Source of the DNA: Asterias rubens
Taxonomy: Eukaryota
NCBI RefSeq assembly: GCF_902459465.1
Contig: NW_022985693.1
Span: 1,240,001 to 1,304,000 of the forward strand
Length of the DNA stretch: 64,000 nt
Reading direction: 5' to 3'
Of the stretch, positions 28,201-43,200 are shown piece by piece. The notes below the pieces were generated by a model. The model was not told the origin of the DNA, did not search any database, and saw only the letters and a program-made list of their open reading frames with translations. The translations under genes were made by a program, and so were the position numbers. Numbering within the stretch: the stretch's first letter is position 1; each line of letters begins with the position of its first letter.

Positions 28201-31200
28201 GCTCGGCCTCTCACGCTGCATGGATTAACAGACGCCTAGGTCAGTGAGCCATACTGATCTCGCTACGCGAATTTCTAAATGAGAAGGTCAACTAACGGAA
28301 TAGTGCTTCCTTTTAGAACCCCTCGTTACATGGTATGCCGTCATGTTTTGTCGTGACTGTCGTTAGTATTAGACAGCTAAGGTCATAACCTTTCCATTAG
28401 TATCTCTTGGTGGCGCTATGCAAGTTGCTATGCAAGTATCCGAGGCTTGCAAAATGGGTAATTTAAATGAATGTTCGCTGTTCCATGAGAGTTATTTTTG
28501 GAACGTTTTTTGATAATTACCACAACAATTACATCTTTGTTAATCTTTTGACGAAAAGGTAAAAAAAACCATAGCAACTTTAATCAAGATTTAGGCAACC
28601 TAAAATTACAGTAATAAAAAAAACTTTACTCGACATTCCTCATTTCGTTAGAACGGGTCACATTTAGTGTATAGACACAATTTAAATTTGTCTATACCTT
28701 GGATCTTAACTTCTGGTAATTTTGAATTCTTCTCTGAATGCAACAGATGTTGAATGTCCAAGTCACTCTACATACTCCTCGTGTATCCATGCCTGTCCAC
28801 CGTCTTGTCTGTCTGAGAGGTTATTCTTAGACCCTAGACAATGTTGGCAGTATTGTAATGATGGTTGTGTATGTGATGAAGGATACGTACTCAGTGGGTA
28901 TAGATGTGTACCAAGAGACCAATGTGGATGTCAACAACCAAGTATCGATGGAACAGGTTGGGAACACTTACCTGTAAGTACAGGGTGAAAGAATAAGTCT
29001 CTTTGTTTAAAAATGATCTCAGATAACTTACCACAATAAAAATCAATTCTGACTTGCCTATGTGTTTATGTGGGTAGGCATACACATGCACAATGTTACA
29101 AAGGTCCCCACAAAGTTTTTCTTTGTTAAAGGTACTGGACACCTTTGGTAATTGTCAAAGACCAGTCTTCTCACTTGGTGTATCTCAACATAATGTATGC
29201 TTAAAATAACAAATGTGTAAAACTTGAATTCAAATGGTCGGCAAAGTTGCAAAAAAGTAATGGAAGAAAAGGCACCCTTGTCGCACAAGTTGTGGGCTTT
29301 CAGTGCTTGAAATCAAGGTCATGAATTCAATTCAAATATTTTAGTTAGAAAATACTTCTTTCTCAAAAACTACGTCACTTCAGAGGGAGTCATGTTTTAT
29401 ACTATCAACAGCTCTCCATTGCTCATCACCAAGTAAGTTTTGAAGCTAACATTTATTTTGAGTAATTACTTGTGTTGATTTAATTTGAAGGTCTTTCAAC
29501 AGATTTCAGACAGTCTCCATACTCTCTGAAAATATTTCTCCCCAGAACGATTCGGGTTCACTAAACAAAACATTTATAGTAATAGGGTGAAATAATTACC
29601 CATGCCCTGGAAGGGTGGTCAGATAAGCTTTATCTGCAATAAATAATGTTGATTTTGCTTTTTGTTTGTCCCCCCTATTACATCAGGTTGGTCAATCCAA
29701 ACTGCTGCAAGACTGCAACATGACGTCATCTTGTAGTGCAGATAAGGAATTGACTTTTGATAATACTCCATGCAGTTCGGACGCGCAATGCTTGATTGTT
29801 AATGGAGCAACACAATGTGTCTGCAATGGAGATCTTGTTGGCAATGGTCATGAGTGTTCTGGTGAGTCCTTGGTTGTGATTCACTGTACACTACACACGT
29901 TATGATCGCTCTTTGTACAATGGAAAAAGGATGTAGTTCTGATGTACCAGGACCAGTTATTAATATAAAAACCATGACACTTTGTTGAACTTTGTTACAC
30001 AAGAGTTTTTTGGTTGATGATGCTTTCCTGTTCTTAACTGGAATTATTTTGGACTTGAAATTACAGAACTTTTCATTAGTTCAAATACAGAAATTTGATT
30101 TTGACTCCAGTTTTATGAAATGTAAATACAAGTTTGCCGATTTTGATTTTAATATGTTAACTATTATTACTTAATACAGAAAGTCCCTGCATGGAAGAAA
30201 CTTGCCAGAATGGGGGCACCTGTAAAGTGCTTAGCCCAACAGAGTTTGACTGTATCTGTCTTCGAGGATGGATCGGAGCGAATTGTCAAGATGGTAACTT
30301 AATATAAATATGAAGTGTTATAAGTTATCACACAACCGCGAGTGGAATACTGAAATAAAGCTCTTCTGCAGATGCAGACTCACTATACTTGTCCATATTC
30401 CACGAACGTGCCTGTGATAGCACCGGTCTCATTTATTAAGTTTAAAATTTCAGAGCAGGTTTAGAATGTAATTTTTGCACTGACCGTATGCGGAGTGTGA
30501 CGCATTGACACTCGCAATTGGCGGAGTGTAAGTAAAAAATTGGAGTAGGCTATGGCTTGTTATCACACTCCGGTTCGAGCATCTGACTGGAGGAATAGCG
30601 CGTACTGAAAGATAAATTACTATTAATGTAAAGACTCCTTGCATTGGCGGCCATTTATTTTATGAAGCGTGAACAGTACACAATCATTGGCTGAGAGTCG
30701 TGCGCTTTTTTAAAAATATCAATCATGGTGTTCAATGACGTCATAATGTGCAATACATCTATTATTTTATTAATGAATTAGGATACTGTTTCCTTTTTTG
30801 AATTCTGACTTGTTTTTCAACTTATAAATAGTTCACTCCATTTATGCCAATCCTATAATTGTCTTTTATGCTAACAGAGGCCAAGCAATGCATGGTACAC
30901 GGTGATCCACATTACAAAACCTTTGATGATGTGTTCTATGATTTCATGGGAGGATGTGCCTACTATCTTGTGTCCATCATGGAGCTCTCGATTGTCCAGA
31001 TCAATCAACAATTTGAAGGGACTGACTACACCACAATGAAAGAACTCATTGTTGTTTTTCAGAATACGGTAATAATTTTGGATGAGTTAACAACATAAAG
31101 CAGGCATAAAACTACTTAGTGAGATAACTTAAATTCCTGTTTTTGTTATAGGTCATATTTGTGCCATAAGAAACCCCAAATAGTATACAAGCAGAATTTG

Positions 31201-34200
31201 TTTTGTAATCACAACTCAAATGTCTTTATATTCAAACTGATGGGAGGGGTAAAAATGTTATGTAAACTACTGCTTAGCCAATCATTTTGTTGAACAGAAA
31301 TAAAGAAGTCCATTCTACTTAGTCCTTGTTTGAGCTATCTGGTCAAATTAGTGCTTAAAATGAGTTTAAGTACCTGGTAGCATTATGTTACCTCTTTTAG
31401 TAATATAACACTGTTGTGTCCATAGATCAACCAATTATATGATCGGGTACTCAAGTTTGCTTGATGATAAACAAATGGTGTCCTACAATATTTTCTGTAT
31501 GGAATAATACAATATTGTGTTTATTATTTGCTGTATTATAGGAGGTGAGGTTGTTACAGAACAAGGTTGTGATGGTTGATGGAGAGACTGTCATTCCACC
31601 CTATCATAGTGAAATATTGGACATTACACTTGGTGGAAATTATATTGTAAGTCTTTAGTTTAGAAGGACTTGATAGTATAGGGCCATGTTCAGACATTAT
31701 ACTAAAGTAAGAGTAAAGTATTTAGTTTTACAAGCAGCGGTGGGTTTGTCGTAAAAATAAAACTACCTTGCGTTCAGACAGCTCAAATTTAAACCCGATA
31801 CGGTTTATCTTCGGTTTTAAGAGGTCACACAGCAACATGACCGAACACAGGAGCATCCGTTACAAGTGTGTACAAAAGATGATCGCTTTCACAGTTTAAG
31901 GCATGTTACGCAACATGTCCTGGGTCACCGGTCACCTGTGAGGACTTATAACTACATGTAGATGTGGTTGTTTTCATCTGTCCACACACCCTGCTGAAAG
32001 ATAAACTGTGGTTTAGCATTAAACCACCTTTGCCGAAGGATTTAACTCATACGGTTTTAACTTGATTTGTTAAAGTTTTTAGAGTGTCCAGACACACAAA
32101 GTTAAACCAAAGACGTTAAAACTGCTTAAAACAGACTTTAGTACTGTGGCTGAACAACCTCTACTTTTTAACCAAGTTCATCTCTCATTTTTGCTGTTAT
32201 CCCATTTATAAGGACCTGAAACTGTATAAAAAATCAGAATTCATACTAGTTAATAATAATAATCATAGTAATAGTCTGCTTTTATATAGCGCTTTATAAA
32301 TCCGAAGGGCATCTCAAAGCACTTCCACATTATTACCCCTTGGCACTGGGCCTTAAATAATTTCTTAAACTGTCTCAGCTCCCTGGGGAGATACAGTTAC
32401 TGACTTAACTCATTAGGACTGAGTACACAAAGTTGTCAATTTATCGTGGCACAAGTATTAAAAATTATACTGCAGGATGGAAATGTTGACATTTCCTTGG
32501 TTGCAATAGTAACAACACTAAAAAAACTTTTTAAAAACCGAATTAAGCTATTTAAGATAATTACCAAGGTATTTAGTTTGTATTTCTTGCTAAGAATTCA
32601 AAGAAAAAGGGGCTTTGAAAAAGGAACTTGTGCAATATTTTATTTGAACATTTGTAACATAGTTTTAAACTTATATTTATTTCAACAGTTTGCATCCTTA
32701 GCCTCTGGATCTATTTTCATCAAATGGAATGGTGTAGACAGTGCCGAAATTACCATGGCCAGGAATCCTGACGAGGATTCCACTGGCTTGTGTGGCAATT
32801 TCAATGGAGATAGTGCAGATGAGTTCCAGAATCCATCCACAAATGTAAATATCCATCATCTAATGTTTGTAGGTTATTGCAAGTTGGGATTATTACTCTT
32901 TTATGTAGATTTATTAAAATTGTGTTAAAAGTTATCTAAGTCATGGCAATCGAGTAAGAATAATAAGTAAAAGTTTCTTATTTTAGTTTAAATTGTTTCT
33001 TCTCAAAACAAAGAATTAATATTTATAAAATAAATCAGACAGTCACATTTGGTTTGAATCTTTCCTTGGGCAGATTGATCCTGTTCATGTGTTTGGAGAT
33101 CGACACAAATATGATACTGGTGTTGAATGTTCTTTAACTACAATGGAGCTCACCAACCCATGCGAGAGCCTGTTTGATACCGAATTGGCTGACCGATTAT
33201 GTGGACTGCTGATTGACAATACTGGTAAGTTATCATCAACTACAAGAGTGACTGTTAATGAAAAATAAACCTCAACCAATCAGTATTCATCTTTTGTTAT
33301 TACTACTACACTGGCTAATTAAAAACATTGCACTTGTAGCCAAAGGCTTGTAGCCACATGTACTTGAATTACTTTACATATTTATGTACAATGTATGCTT
33401 TATGTAGGTCATCACAGTTCTGAGTTAAATATCCATGAAAAATAAGCATGTACTCTGATAAATAAATGTGATTAAATTCAGGTCCATTCAAGGATTGTAC
33501 GATAGATTCGGATGCATTCTACACGGCCTGTAGGTATGACGTCTGTGCTTCAAGTACTGTTGATACCACACATGCATGTGGAGTCATTGCTGCCTATGCA
33601 CAAGCTTGCCATGAAAGTGGATTTCCAATTGGAGCCTGGAGAGAGCCTAATCGATGTGGTAAGTTAGGTAATGAGACAAGGGTTTGGGTATTCACCAGCG
33701 ATGGATCAAGGGAATATAACATCATTGCTACATCAAACTAAAGAATTTTTTGAAGTACACAAAGTTGGTTTAGTGTTGGAAGCAACACCTTTTTTAACCA
33801 ATTGATCTCTGAGTTTATGAGCTACTTTAATGTGCAGCACATAGCTGCTATTAAATCATGTTATATGACTTCTCACAGAGGCTATTAATTTGTTTGAATT
33901 CTCAGAACTAACATGTCCAGAAAATGCAGTATACAGCCAATGTGCTGATCCATGCCCTAAATCCTGCAGAGATAACACCAACCTTGTCAATCATTGTCCA
34001 CTGCCATGTGTGGAAGGTTGTACTTGTGACGAAGGTTTCTATCAAGATGATGATAAATGTGTTTCACATGATAACTGTGGTTGCTTTTACGGTGATAATG
34101 ATAGCAACTATGTACAGGTTAGTGGTTTTCTTTATCCCCCTTATATTAGTTAAAACACTAGCATGAGTGGAATACAGACAAATATAAAGCTTCTGCAGCC

Positions 34201-37200
34201 CATATCCAATGGAACTGAATCGTATTCCACCAGTGAGCATGTGATAACGAATCAAGGATTCAAGTTTGCTTGTTGACTGAGAATTTCACCAAGAAACTAT
34301 AAAGACTGTGCACAACATTTTGGCTGCAAGTTTATTTTTCTTGGGTGTTTTGACATATACCTTTGTTGATTGGAACCGTTTGATTTGTTTTAACCCTATA
34401 TGAATGTAGATGTACATAGTAAAACTAACAAGTGAAAATTTCATTTCAAAAGGTGGTCGCATTTTCAAAAATCGGGAGCGAATGTGTCCACGCCTAAAAA
34501 AGGAATACATGATCTGGGAAGCATTACCAAGTAATGCTGTTATCTTTGACATGACCACATTGCTTAAAAATGAAATTTTTCTCAAAATGCTTTATACTAT
34601 CAAATGCTGCTGAAGGCTTCTAACCAAAGGTTTTTATTGCCATTATTTTAATAGTGACTACCAAACGTATACCTTCCCTCTAACATGGTTATATCACGTT
34701 TTTCTGCAGTTTAATGAACACTTCTACAAAGACTCATGCTCTGTGAAATGTACCTGTACAGAGGCATTTGGTGAAGTGGAATGTGAACCTGTCACCTGTC
34801 ATGAAAATGCCACATGCCAAGATGTGAACCAGTTGCAACAATGTGTCTGTGATGAAGGATTTGTGGGTGATGGGGAAACTTGCATCTTTGTTGGTGAGTT
34901 CTTTTGAGTGTATGTTTGGTTTGCGGTAACTCAACATGTATGTGTATATCGACTTGCTGGGTCGGATCTAATTTAGAGGAAATAAAACATAGTGCACATA
35001 TTTCAGACAATGCCCTGAAATATTTCTAGACAGTTGGTTCATTACCTTGGCCCACCTATCCTTTGTATTCCTTGTTATGTAGCCAGTATAGGTCTTAAAT
35101 GATTGTTTCTTCAGTCCCTTGTAACTATAGTTAAGTTACAAACACTCTGCAAGGGTCAAAATGTTTTTTGCAAGTAAAGTTACATTTGATTATCTTTATC
35201 CCAGTTCCTCTCATCCATGTTGTTCAAGATGCCCCACTTTCCATTCCATCTTGCGATGACCAATTCAATTGTTTAGATTTCACTTTTCTTCAGTCATCTT
35301 CTATGTTTTCCCAACATAGCGAGTTTCATATTAGTCCTATCTTATCCTTTGCAGAATGTGCTAACTCCCCATGTGCTGATGGAGCAGACTGTTTGAGACG
35401 GGAGAATGATAATCCCACTTATGTCTGTCAGTGTAATATCGATGGTACTATGGGCCTCGATTGTGATATACCAGCAGGTAAAGTAGTTTGTCATATAAAA
35501 GGCTCATATACTTTGCTTCCTTTTGTATTTTATTTTCATTTTTAGGCCATTGAGTCTTCACATGTTCTTATAAAGATATTTAGAGACTGGGATTGTTCAT
35601 TGGATTGCCCCCAGAAGCCTGTCATTGTTGAACCCCTTTGGTCACAATGTTGAGCTCATTGTGGCTAAAACAACAAATTGTTGCTGGATTAATAACTTGA
35701 GATGAACTTTGCATACCAACTGCAAACTTGTTTTGTGGATTGGTCTTGAGGTCCCTCAAAAGGGACCCCCCCCCCACCAGTCAAATTTCAAGGTCATTAT
35801 GGCTTAAACAAAAGAAATGTTGTCTGAGCAATACCTCGACAAGGACTTGCCATATCAACTCCAAAAATGTAGGATCAATGTTACTAATGCTATAATAGAA
35901 TTATTTTATGCTTAAGAAAAAAAAAGATGTCCATGTGATAATTTAAAAGGACTTGATATTAAACTGGTGTGTGGATAGGTCTAGGGATACAGACGCCTCT
36001 GATTTTTAGACTACCTACATGTAGGTCAAATGTTGAGAAACGGACTGATGTGCAGGGCATTTTTGTTTGTAAGCACCACTTTTCTTGTTTTACCTCAGTG
36101 TACAATGAACGCAGCATATGCTTTGGTGCCGAGTGTAGCACAGGCTTGTGGAACTCTCCAGGTTATCCTAATAACTATCCAAACTCCTTCAAGGGTTTCT
36201 ACGTCATCTGGGTACCTCAAGCTCGCTACATCAACATCACCTTCTCAGAATCATTTTCTATTGAAAAGGATCGTGATGCCCTTTACGTTGGCCCAGGGTT
36301 CCAATACCCATTGAGTCTGAATACAGGGCCAGTTTCATCTCAACCAGGCGTTGTGTATCAGTTGGATGGATATAGCTCACCAGGACCTGTATACATTCTA
36401 GGAGATGCTGCATGGTTGTATTTTTTTACTGATGATACAACTTCAGTCAATGGCTGGCAGGCAGCTTGGGAAGCCGGTAAGTGAACAACAACAAACACAT
36501 TAACAGATGTTAAATTTGCATCGGGGTTAAAGAATATTCATTTGTTTTTTTACCCATATACACACCAAAGTGTGTTAGCAGGGTATACTCAGTACTTTCC
36601 TGAGTCCTTTGAATAAATCACAGGCATAATACTTGGGTGGGATTTGAACCCACGACCTTTGCAATTTGAGAGAAGTGTCTGTCAATTAGCCCACCGAGCT
36701 AAAGGCAGTTCAAATCCTATGTTTTTTAGTAGCAGGTACTGCAAATTTGTTTAATTACTTTTTCCCCCAAACACTCTTGGGAGAGCTTTAATGTTCTTGA
36801 TGTATGTTATGGCTGATTTTTTCTTCTTTTTATTAATTCAAGTTATAATGGAGCTTTTTCATTGTGTTCCTGTTGTCAGGATTTGAGTTTCTTCAAGATA
36901 CACCATTATGTTGGGATGGTTCTGAAACCAGATTTTCTGGAAGCTCATGGGAATATGGCAAATGTGACCAATGCATCTGTGACCAAGGAACTATCACCTG
37001 CACACTGGTAGGTTACACTCAAGATTTTTGTTTGTGTATTTATTTATCAAATCTAGCCTTAAAGTATACAAGTTTAATGTAAAATATGTCCTAAAAATCA
37101 TACAGTTTGAAAACTTAGATTTTTTTATATTTTTTATTTTTATTTTTTTATCTATCTATCTTTTCACCAATGTATGATGTCCTGCATGAAGTTTTCAAAC

Positions 37201-40200
37201 TAGACAACTTGTCTGACTCTTGTAGCAATTTATTTGATACGTGTTACATATTCAGTTAAGGTCAACATAAGTCTTATCTTACTCAAGAAGTTAAAGGCCA
37301 ATTTGTAAACCCCTATCTAGTAGAATGTGTTCTGTGAGAATATAAGTAGCCTTTTTGCATTCACTTCAATGCAGAAATAGATTTTTTTTAAATTCAGTGT
37401 TGCATAGTGCCCTAGCTGGATTTTATGTTTGACTAGATGGCACTTGAGTGTTGGTTCAAGTATTAGTGAACATCTCAGAGATACATAAGTCAAGCAGGTA
37501 CCATTCAAATAAAAATAACATGCTAGCTTGATTTCGCCTGTGTCTTTGAGACTCAGGTATACATGATAGTTTGATTAGGGAACAGGGCGATTAGGAAACC
37601 CCTTTAGGTCTGTAGTCAGCATGATTCGGCTAAGCATTAAACAAATAAGAATACCATGCTAGCTTGATTTCACCTGTGTCTTTAAGACTCGGGTATACAT
37701 GATAGTTTGATCAGGCAACAGAGCAATTAGGAAACCCCTTTATGTCTGTAGTCAGCATTATTCGGCTAAGCATTAAATAAATAAGAATACCATGCTAGCT
37801 TGATTTCACCTGTGTTTTTGAGACTCAGTTGTACATGATAGTTTGATCAGAGAACAGAGCGATTAGGAAATCCCTTTAGGTCTGTATCAGCATGATTCGG
37901 CTAAGCATTAAATAAATAAGAATACCATGCTAGCTTGATTTCACCTGTGTCTTTAAGACTCGGGTATACATGATAGTTTGATCAGAGAACAGAGCGATTA
38001 GGAAATCCCTTTAGGTCTGTAGTCAGCATGATTCCGCTAAGCATTAAATAAATAAGAATACCATGCTAGCTTGATTTCACCTGTGTCTTTAAGACTCGGG
38101 TATACATGATAGTTTGATCAGAGAACAGAGCGATTAGGAAATCCTTTTAGGTCTGTAGTCAGCATGATTCGGCCAAGCATTAAATAAATAAGAATACCAT
38201 GCTAGCTTGATTTCACCTGTGTCTTTAAGACTCGGGTATACATGATAGTTTGATCAGAGAACAGAGCGATTAGGAAATCCCTTTAGGTCTGTAGTCAGCA
38301 TGATTCGGCTAAGCATTAAATAAATAAGAATACCATGCTAGCTTGATTTCACCTGTGTCTTTAAGACTCGGGTATACATGATAGTTTGATCAGAGAACAG
38401 AGCGATTAGGAAATCCCTTTAGGTCTGTAGTCAGCATGATTCCGCTAAGCATTAAATAAATAAGAATACCATGCTAGCTTGATTTCACCTGTGTCTTTAA
38501 GACTCGGGTATACATGATAGTTTGATCAGAGAACAGAGCGATTAGGAAATCCTTTTAGGTCTGTAGTCAGCATGATTCGGCCAAGCATTAAATAAATAAG
38601 AATACCATGCTAGCTTGATTTCACCTGTGTCTTTAAGACTCGGGTATACATGATAGTTTGATCAGAGAACAGAGCGATTAGGAAATCCCTTTAGGTCTGT
38701 AGTCAGCATGATTCGGCCAAGCATTTAATAAATAAGAATACCATGCTAGCTTGATTTCACCTGTGTCTTTGAGACTCAGGTATACATGATAGTTTGATCA
38801 GGAAACAGAGCGATTAAAAAACCCCTTTAGGTCTGTAGTCAGCATGATTCGGCTAAGCATTAAATAAATAAGAATACCATGCTAGCTTGATTTCACCTGT
38901 GTCTTTAAGACTCGGGTATACATGATAGTTTGATCAGAGAACAGAGCGATTAGGAAACGCCTTTAGAACTGTATTCAGCACGATTCGGCTAAGCATTAAA
39001 TAAGTAAGAATACCATGTCAGCTTGATTTCGTTTCACCTGTGTCTTTGAGACTCAGTTGTACATGATAGTTTGATCAGAGAACAGAGCGATTAGGAAATC
39101 CCTTTAGGTCTGTAGTCAGCATGATTCGGCTAAGCACTAAATAAATAAGAATACATGTACCATGCTAGGTTGATTTCACCTGTGTCTTTAAGACTCAGGT
39201 ATACATGATAGTTTGATCAGGAAACAGAGCGATTAAAAAACCCCTTTAGGTCTGTAGTCAGCATGATTCGGCTAAGCATTAAATAAATAAGAATACCATG
39301 CTAGCTTGATTTCACCTGTGTCTTTAAGACTCGGGTATACATGATAGTTTGATCAGAGAACAGAGCGATTAGGAAACGCCTTTAGAACTGTATTCAGCAC
39401 GATTCGGCTAAGCATTAAATAAGTAAGAATACCATGTCAGCTTGATTTCGTTTCACCTGTGTCTTTGAGACTCAGTTGTACATGATAGTTTGATCAGAGA
39501 ACAGAGCGATTAGGAAATCCCTTTAGGTCTGTAGTCAGCATGATTCGGCTAAGCATTAAATAAATAAGAATACCATGCTAGCTTGATTTCACCTGTGTCT
39601 TTAAGACTCGGGTATACATGATAGTTTGATCAGAGAACAGAGCGATTAGGAAACGCCTTTAGAACTGTATTCAGCACGATTCGGCTAAGCATTAAATAAG
39701 TAAGAATACCATGTCAGCTTGATTTCGTTTCACCTGTGTCTTTGAGACTCAGTTGTACATGATAGTTTGATCAGAGAACAGAGCGATTAGGAAATCCCTT
39801 TAGGTCTGTAGTCAGCATGATTCGGCTAAGCATTAAACAAATAAGAATACCATGCTAGCTTGATTTCACCTGTGTCTTTAAGACTCGGGTATACATGATA
39901 GTTTGATCAGGCAACAGAGCAATTAGGAAACCCCTTTATGTCTGTAGTCAGCATTATTCGGCTAAGCATTAAATAAATAAGAATACCATGCTAGCTTGAT
40001 TTCACCTGTGTTTTTGAGACTCAGTTGTACATGATAGTTTGATCAGAGAACAGAGCGATTAGGAAATCCCTTTAGGTCTGTATCAGCATGATTCGGCTAA
40101 GCATTAAATAAATAAGAATACCATGCTAGCTTGATTTCACCTGTGTCTTTAAGACTCGGGTATACATGATAGTTTGATCAGAGAACAGAGCGATTAGGAA

Positions 40201-43200
40201 ATCCCTTTAGGTCTGTAGTCAGCATGATTCCGCTAAGCATTAAATAAATAAGAATACCATGCTAGCTTGATTTCACCTGTGTCTTTAAGACTCGGGTATA
40301 CATGATAGTTTGATCAGAGAACAGAGCGATTAGGAAATCCTTTTAGGTCTGTAGTCAGCATGATTCGGCCAAGCATTAAATAAATAAGAATACCATGCTA
40401 GCTTGATTTCACCTGTGTCTTTAAGACTCGGGTATACATGATAGTTTGATCAGAGAACAGAGCGATTAGGAAATCCCTTTAGGTCTGTAGTCAGCATGAT
40501 TCGGCTAAGCATTAAATAAATAAGAATACCATGCTAGCTTGATTTCACCTGTGTCTTTAAGACTCGGGTATACATGATAGTTTGATCAGAGAACAGAGCG
40601 ATTAGGAAATCCCTTTAGGTCTGTAGTCAGCATGATTCCGCTAAGCATTAAATAAATAAGAATACCATGCTAGCTTGATTTCACCTGTGTCTTTAAGACT
40701 CGGGTATACATGATAGTTTGATCAGAGAACAGAGCGATTAGGAAATCCTTTTAGGTCTGTAGTCAGCATGATTCGGCCAAGCATTAAATAAATAAGAATA
40801 CCATGCTAGCTTGATTTCACCTGTGTCTTTAAGACTCGGGTATACATGATAGTTTGATCAGAGAACAGAGCGATTAGGAAATCCCTTTAGGTCTGTAGTC
40901 AGCATGATTCGGCCAAGCATTTAATAAATAAGAATACCATGCTAGCTTGATTTCACCTGTGTCTTTGAGACTCAGGTATACATGATAGTTTGATCAGGAA
41001 ACAGAGCGATTAAAAAACCCCTTTAGGTCTGTAGTCAGCATGATTCGGCTAAGCATTAAATAAATAAGAATACCATGCTAGCTTGATTTCACCTGTGTCT
41101 TTAAGACTCGGGTATACATGATAGTTTGATCAGAGAACAGAGCGATTAGGAAACGCCTTTAGAACTGTATTCAGCACGATTCGGCTAAGCATTAAATAAG
41201 TAAGAATACCATGTCAGCTTGATTTCGTTTCACCTGTGTCTTTGAGACTCAGTTGTACATGATAGTTTGATCAGAGAACAGAGCGATTAGGAAATCCCTT
41301 TAGGTCTGTAGTCAGCATGATTCGGCTAAGCACTAAATAAATAAGAATACATGTACCATGCTAGGTTGATTTCACCTGTGTCTTTAAGACTCAGGTATAC
41401 ATGATAGTTTGATCAGGAAACAGAGCGATTAAAAAACCCCTTTAGGTCTGTAGTCAGCATGATTCGGCTAAGCATTAAATAAATAAGAATACCATGCTAG
41501 CTTGATTTCACCTGTGTCTTTAAGACTCGGGTATACATGATAGTTTGATCAGAGAACAGAGCGATTAGGAAACGCCTTTAGAACTGTATTCAGCACGATT
41601 CGGCTAAGCATTAAATAAGTAAGAATACCATGTCAGCTTGATTTCGTTTCACCTGTGTCTTTGAGACTCAGTTGTACATGATAGTTTGATCAGAGAACAG
41701 AGCGATTAGGAAATCCCTTTAGGTCTGTAGTCAGCATGATTCGGCTAAGCATTAAATAAATAAGAATACCATGCTAGCTTGATTTCACCTGTGTCTTTAA
41801 GACTCGGGTATACATGATAGTTTGATCAGAGAACAGAGCGATTAGGAAACGCCTTTAGAACTGTATTCAGCACGATTCGGCTAAGCATTAAATAAGTAAG
41901 AATACCATGTCAGCTTGATTTCGTTTCACCTGTGTCTTTGAGACTCAGTTGTACATGATAGTTTGATCAGAGAACAGAGCGATTAGGAAATCCCTTTAGG
42001 TCTGTAGTCAGCATGATTCGGCTAAGCACTAAATAAATAAGAATACATGTACCATGCTAGGTTGATTTCACCTGTGTCTTTAAGACTCAGGTATACATGA
42101 TAGTTTGATCAGGAAACAGAGCGATTAAAAAACCCCTTTAGGTCTGTAGTCAGCATGATTCGGCTAAGCATTAAATAAATAAGAATACCATGCTAGCTTG
42201 ATTTCACCTGTGTCTTTAAGACTCGGGTATACATGATAGTTTGATCAGAGAACAGAGCGATTAGGAAACGCCTTTAGAACTGTATTCAGCACGATTCGGC
42301 TAAGCATTAAATAAGTAAGAATACCATGTCAGCTTGATTTCGTTTCACCTGTGTCTTTGAGACTCAGTTGTACATGATAGTTTGATCAGAGAACAGAGCG
42401 ATTAGGAAATCCCTTTAGGTCTGTAGTCAGCATGATTCGGCTAAGCATTAAATAAATAAGAATACCATGCTAGCTTGATTTCACCTGTGTCTTTAAGACT
42501 CGGGTATACATGATAGTTTGATCAGAGAACAGAGCGATTAGGAAACGCCTTTAGAACTGTATTCAGCACGATTCGGCTAAGCATTAAATAAGTAAGAATA
42601 CCATGTCAGCTTGATTTCGTTTCACCTGTGTCTTTGAGACTCAGTTGTACATGATAGTTTGATCAGAGAACAGAGCGATTAGGAAATCCCTTTAGGTCTG
42701 TAGTCAGCATGATTCGGCTAAGCATTAAATAAATAAGAATACATGTACCATGCTAGGTTGATTTCACCTGTGTCTTTAAGACTCAGGTATACATGATAGT
42801 TTGATCAGGAAACAGAGCGATTAGGAAACGCCTTTAGAACTGTAGTCAGCATGATTCGGCTAAGCATTAAATAAGTAAGAATACCATGCTAGCTTGATTT
42901 CACCTGTGTCTTTAAGACTCGGGTATACATGATAGTTTGATCAGAGAACAGAGCGATTAGGAAACGCCTTTAGAACTGTATTCAGCACGATTCGGCTAAG
43001 CATTAAATAAGTAAGAATACCATGTCAGCTTGATTTCGTTTCACCTGTGTCTTTGAGACTCAGTTGTACATGATAGTTTGATCAGAGAACAGAGCGATTA
43101 GGAAATCCCTTTAGGTCTGTAGTCAGCATGATTCGGCTAAGCATTAAATAAATAAGAATACCATGCTAGCTTGATTTCACCTGTGTCTTTAAGACTCGGG

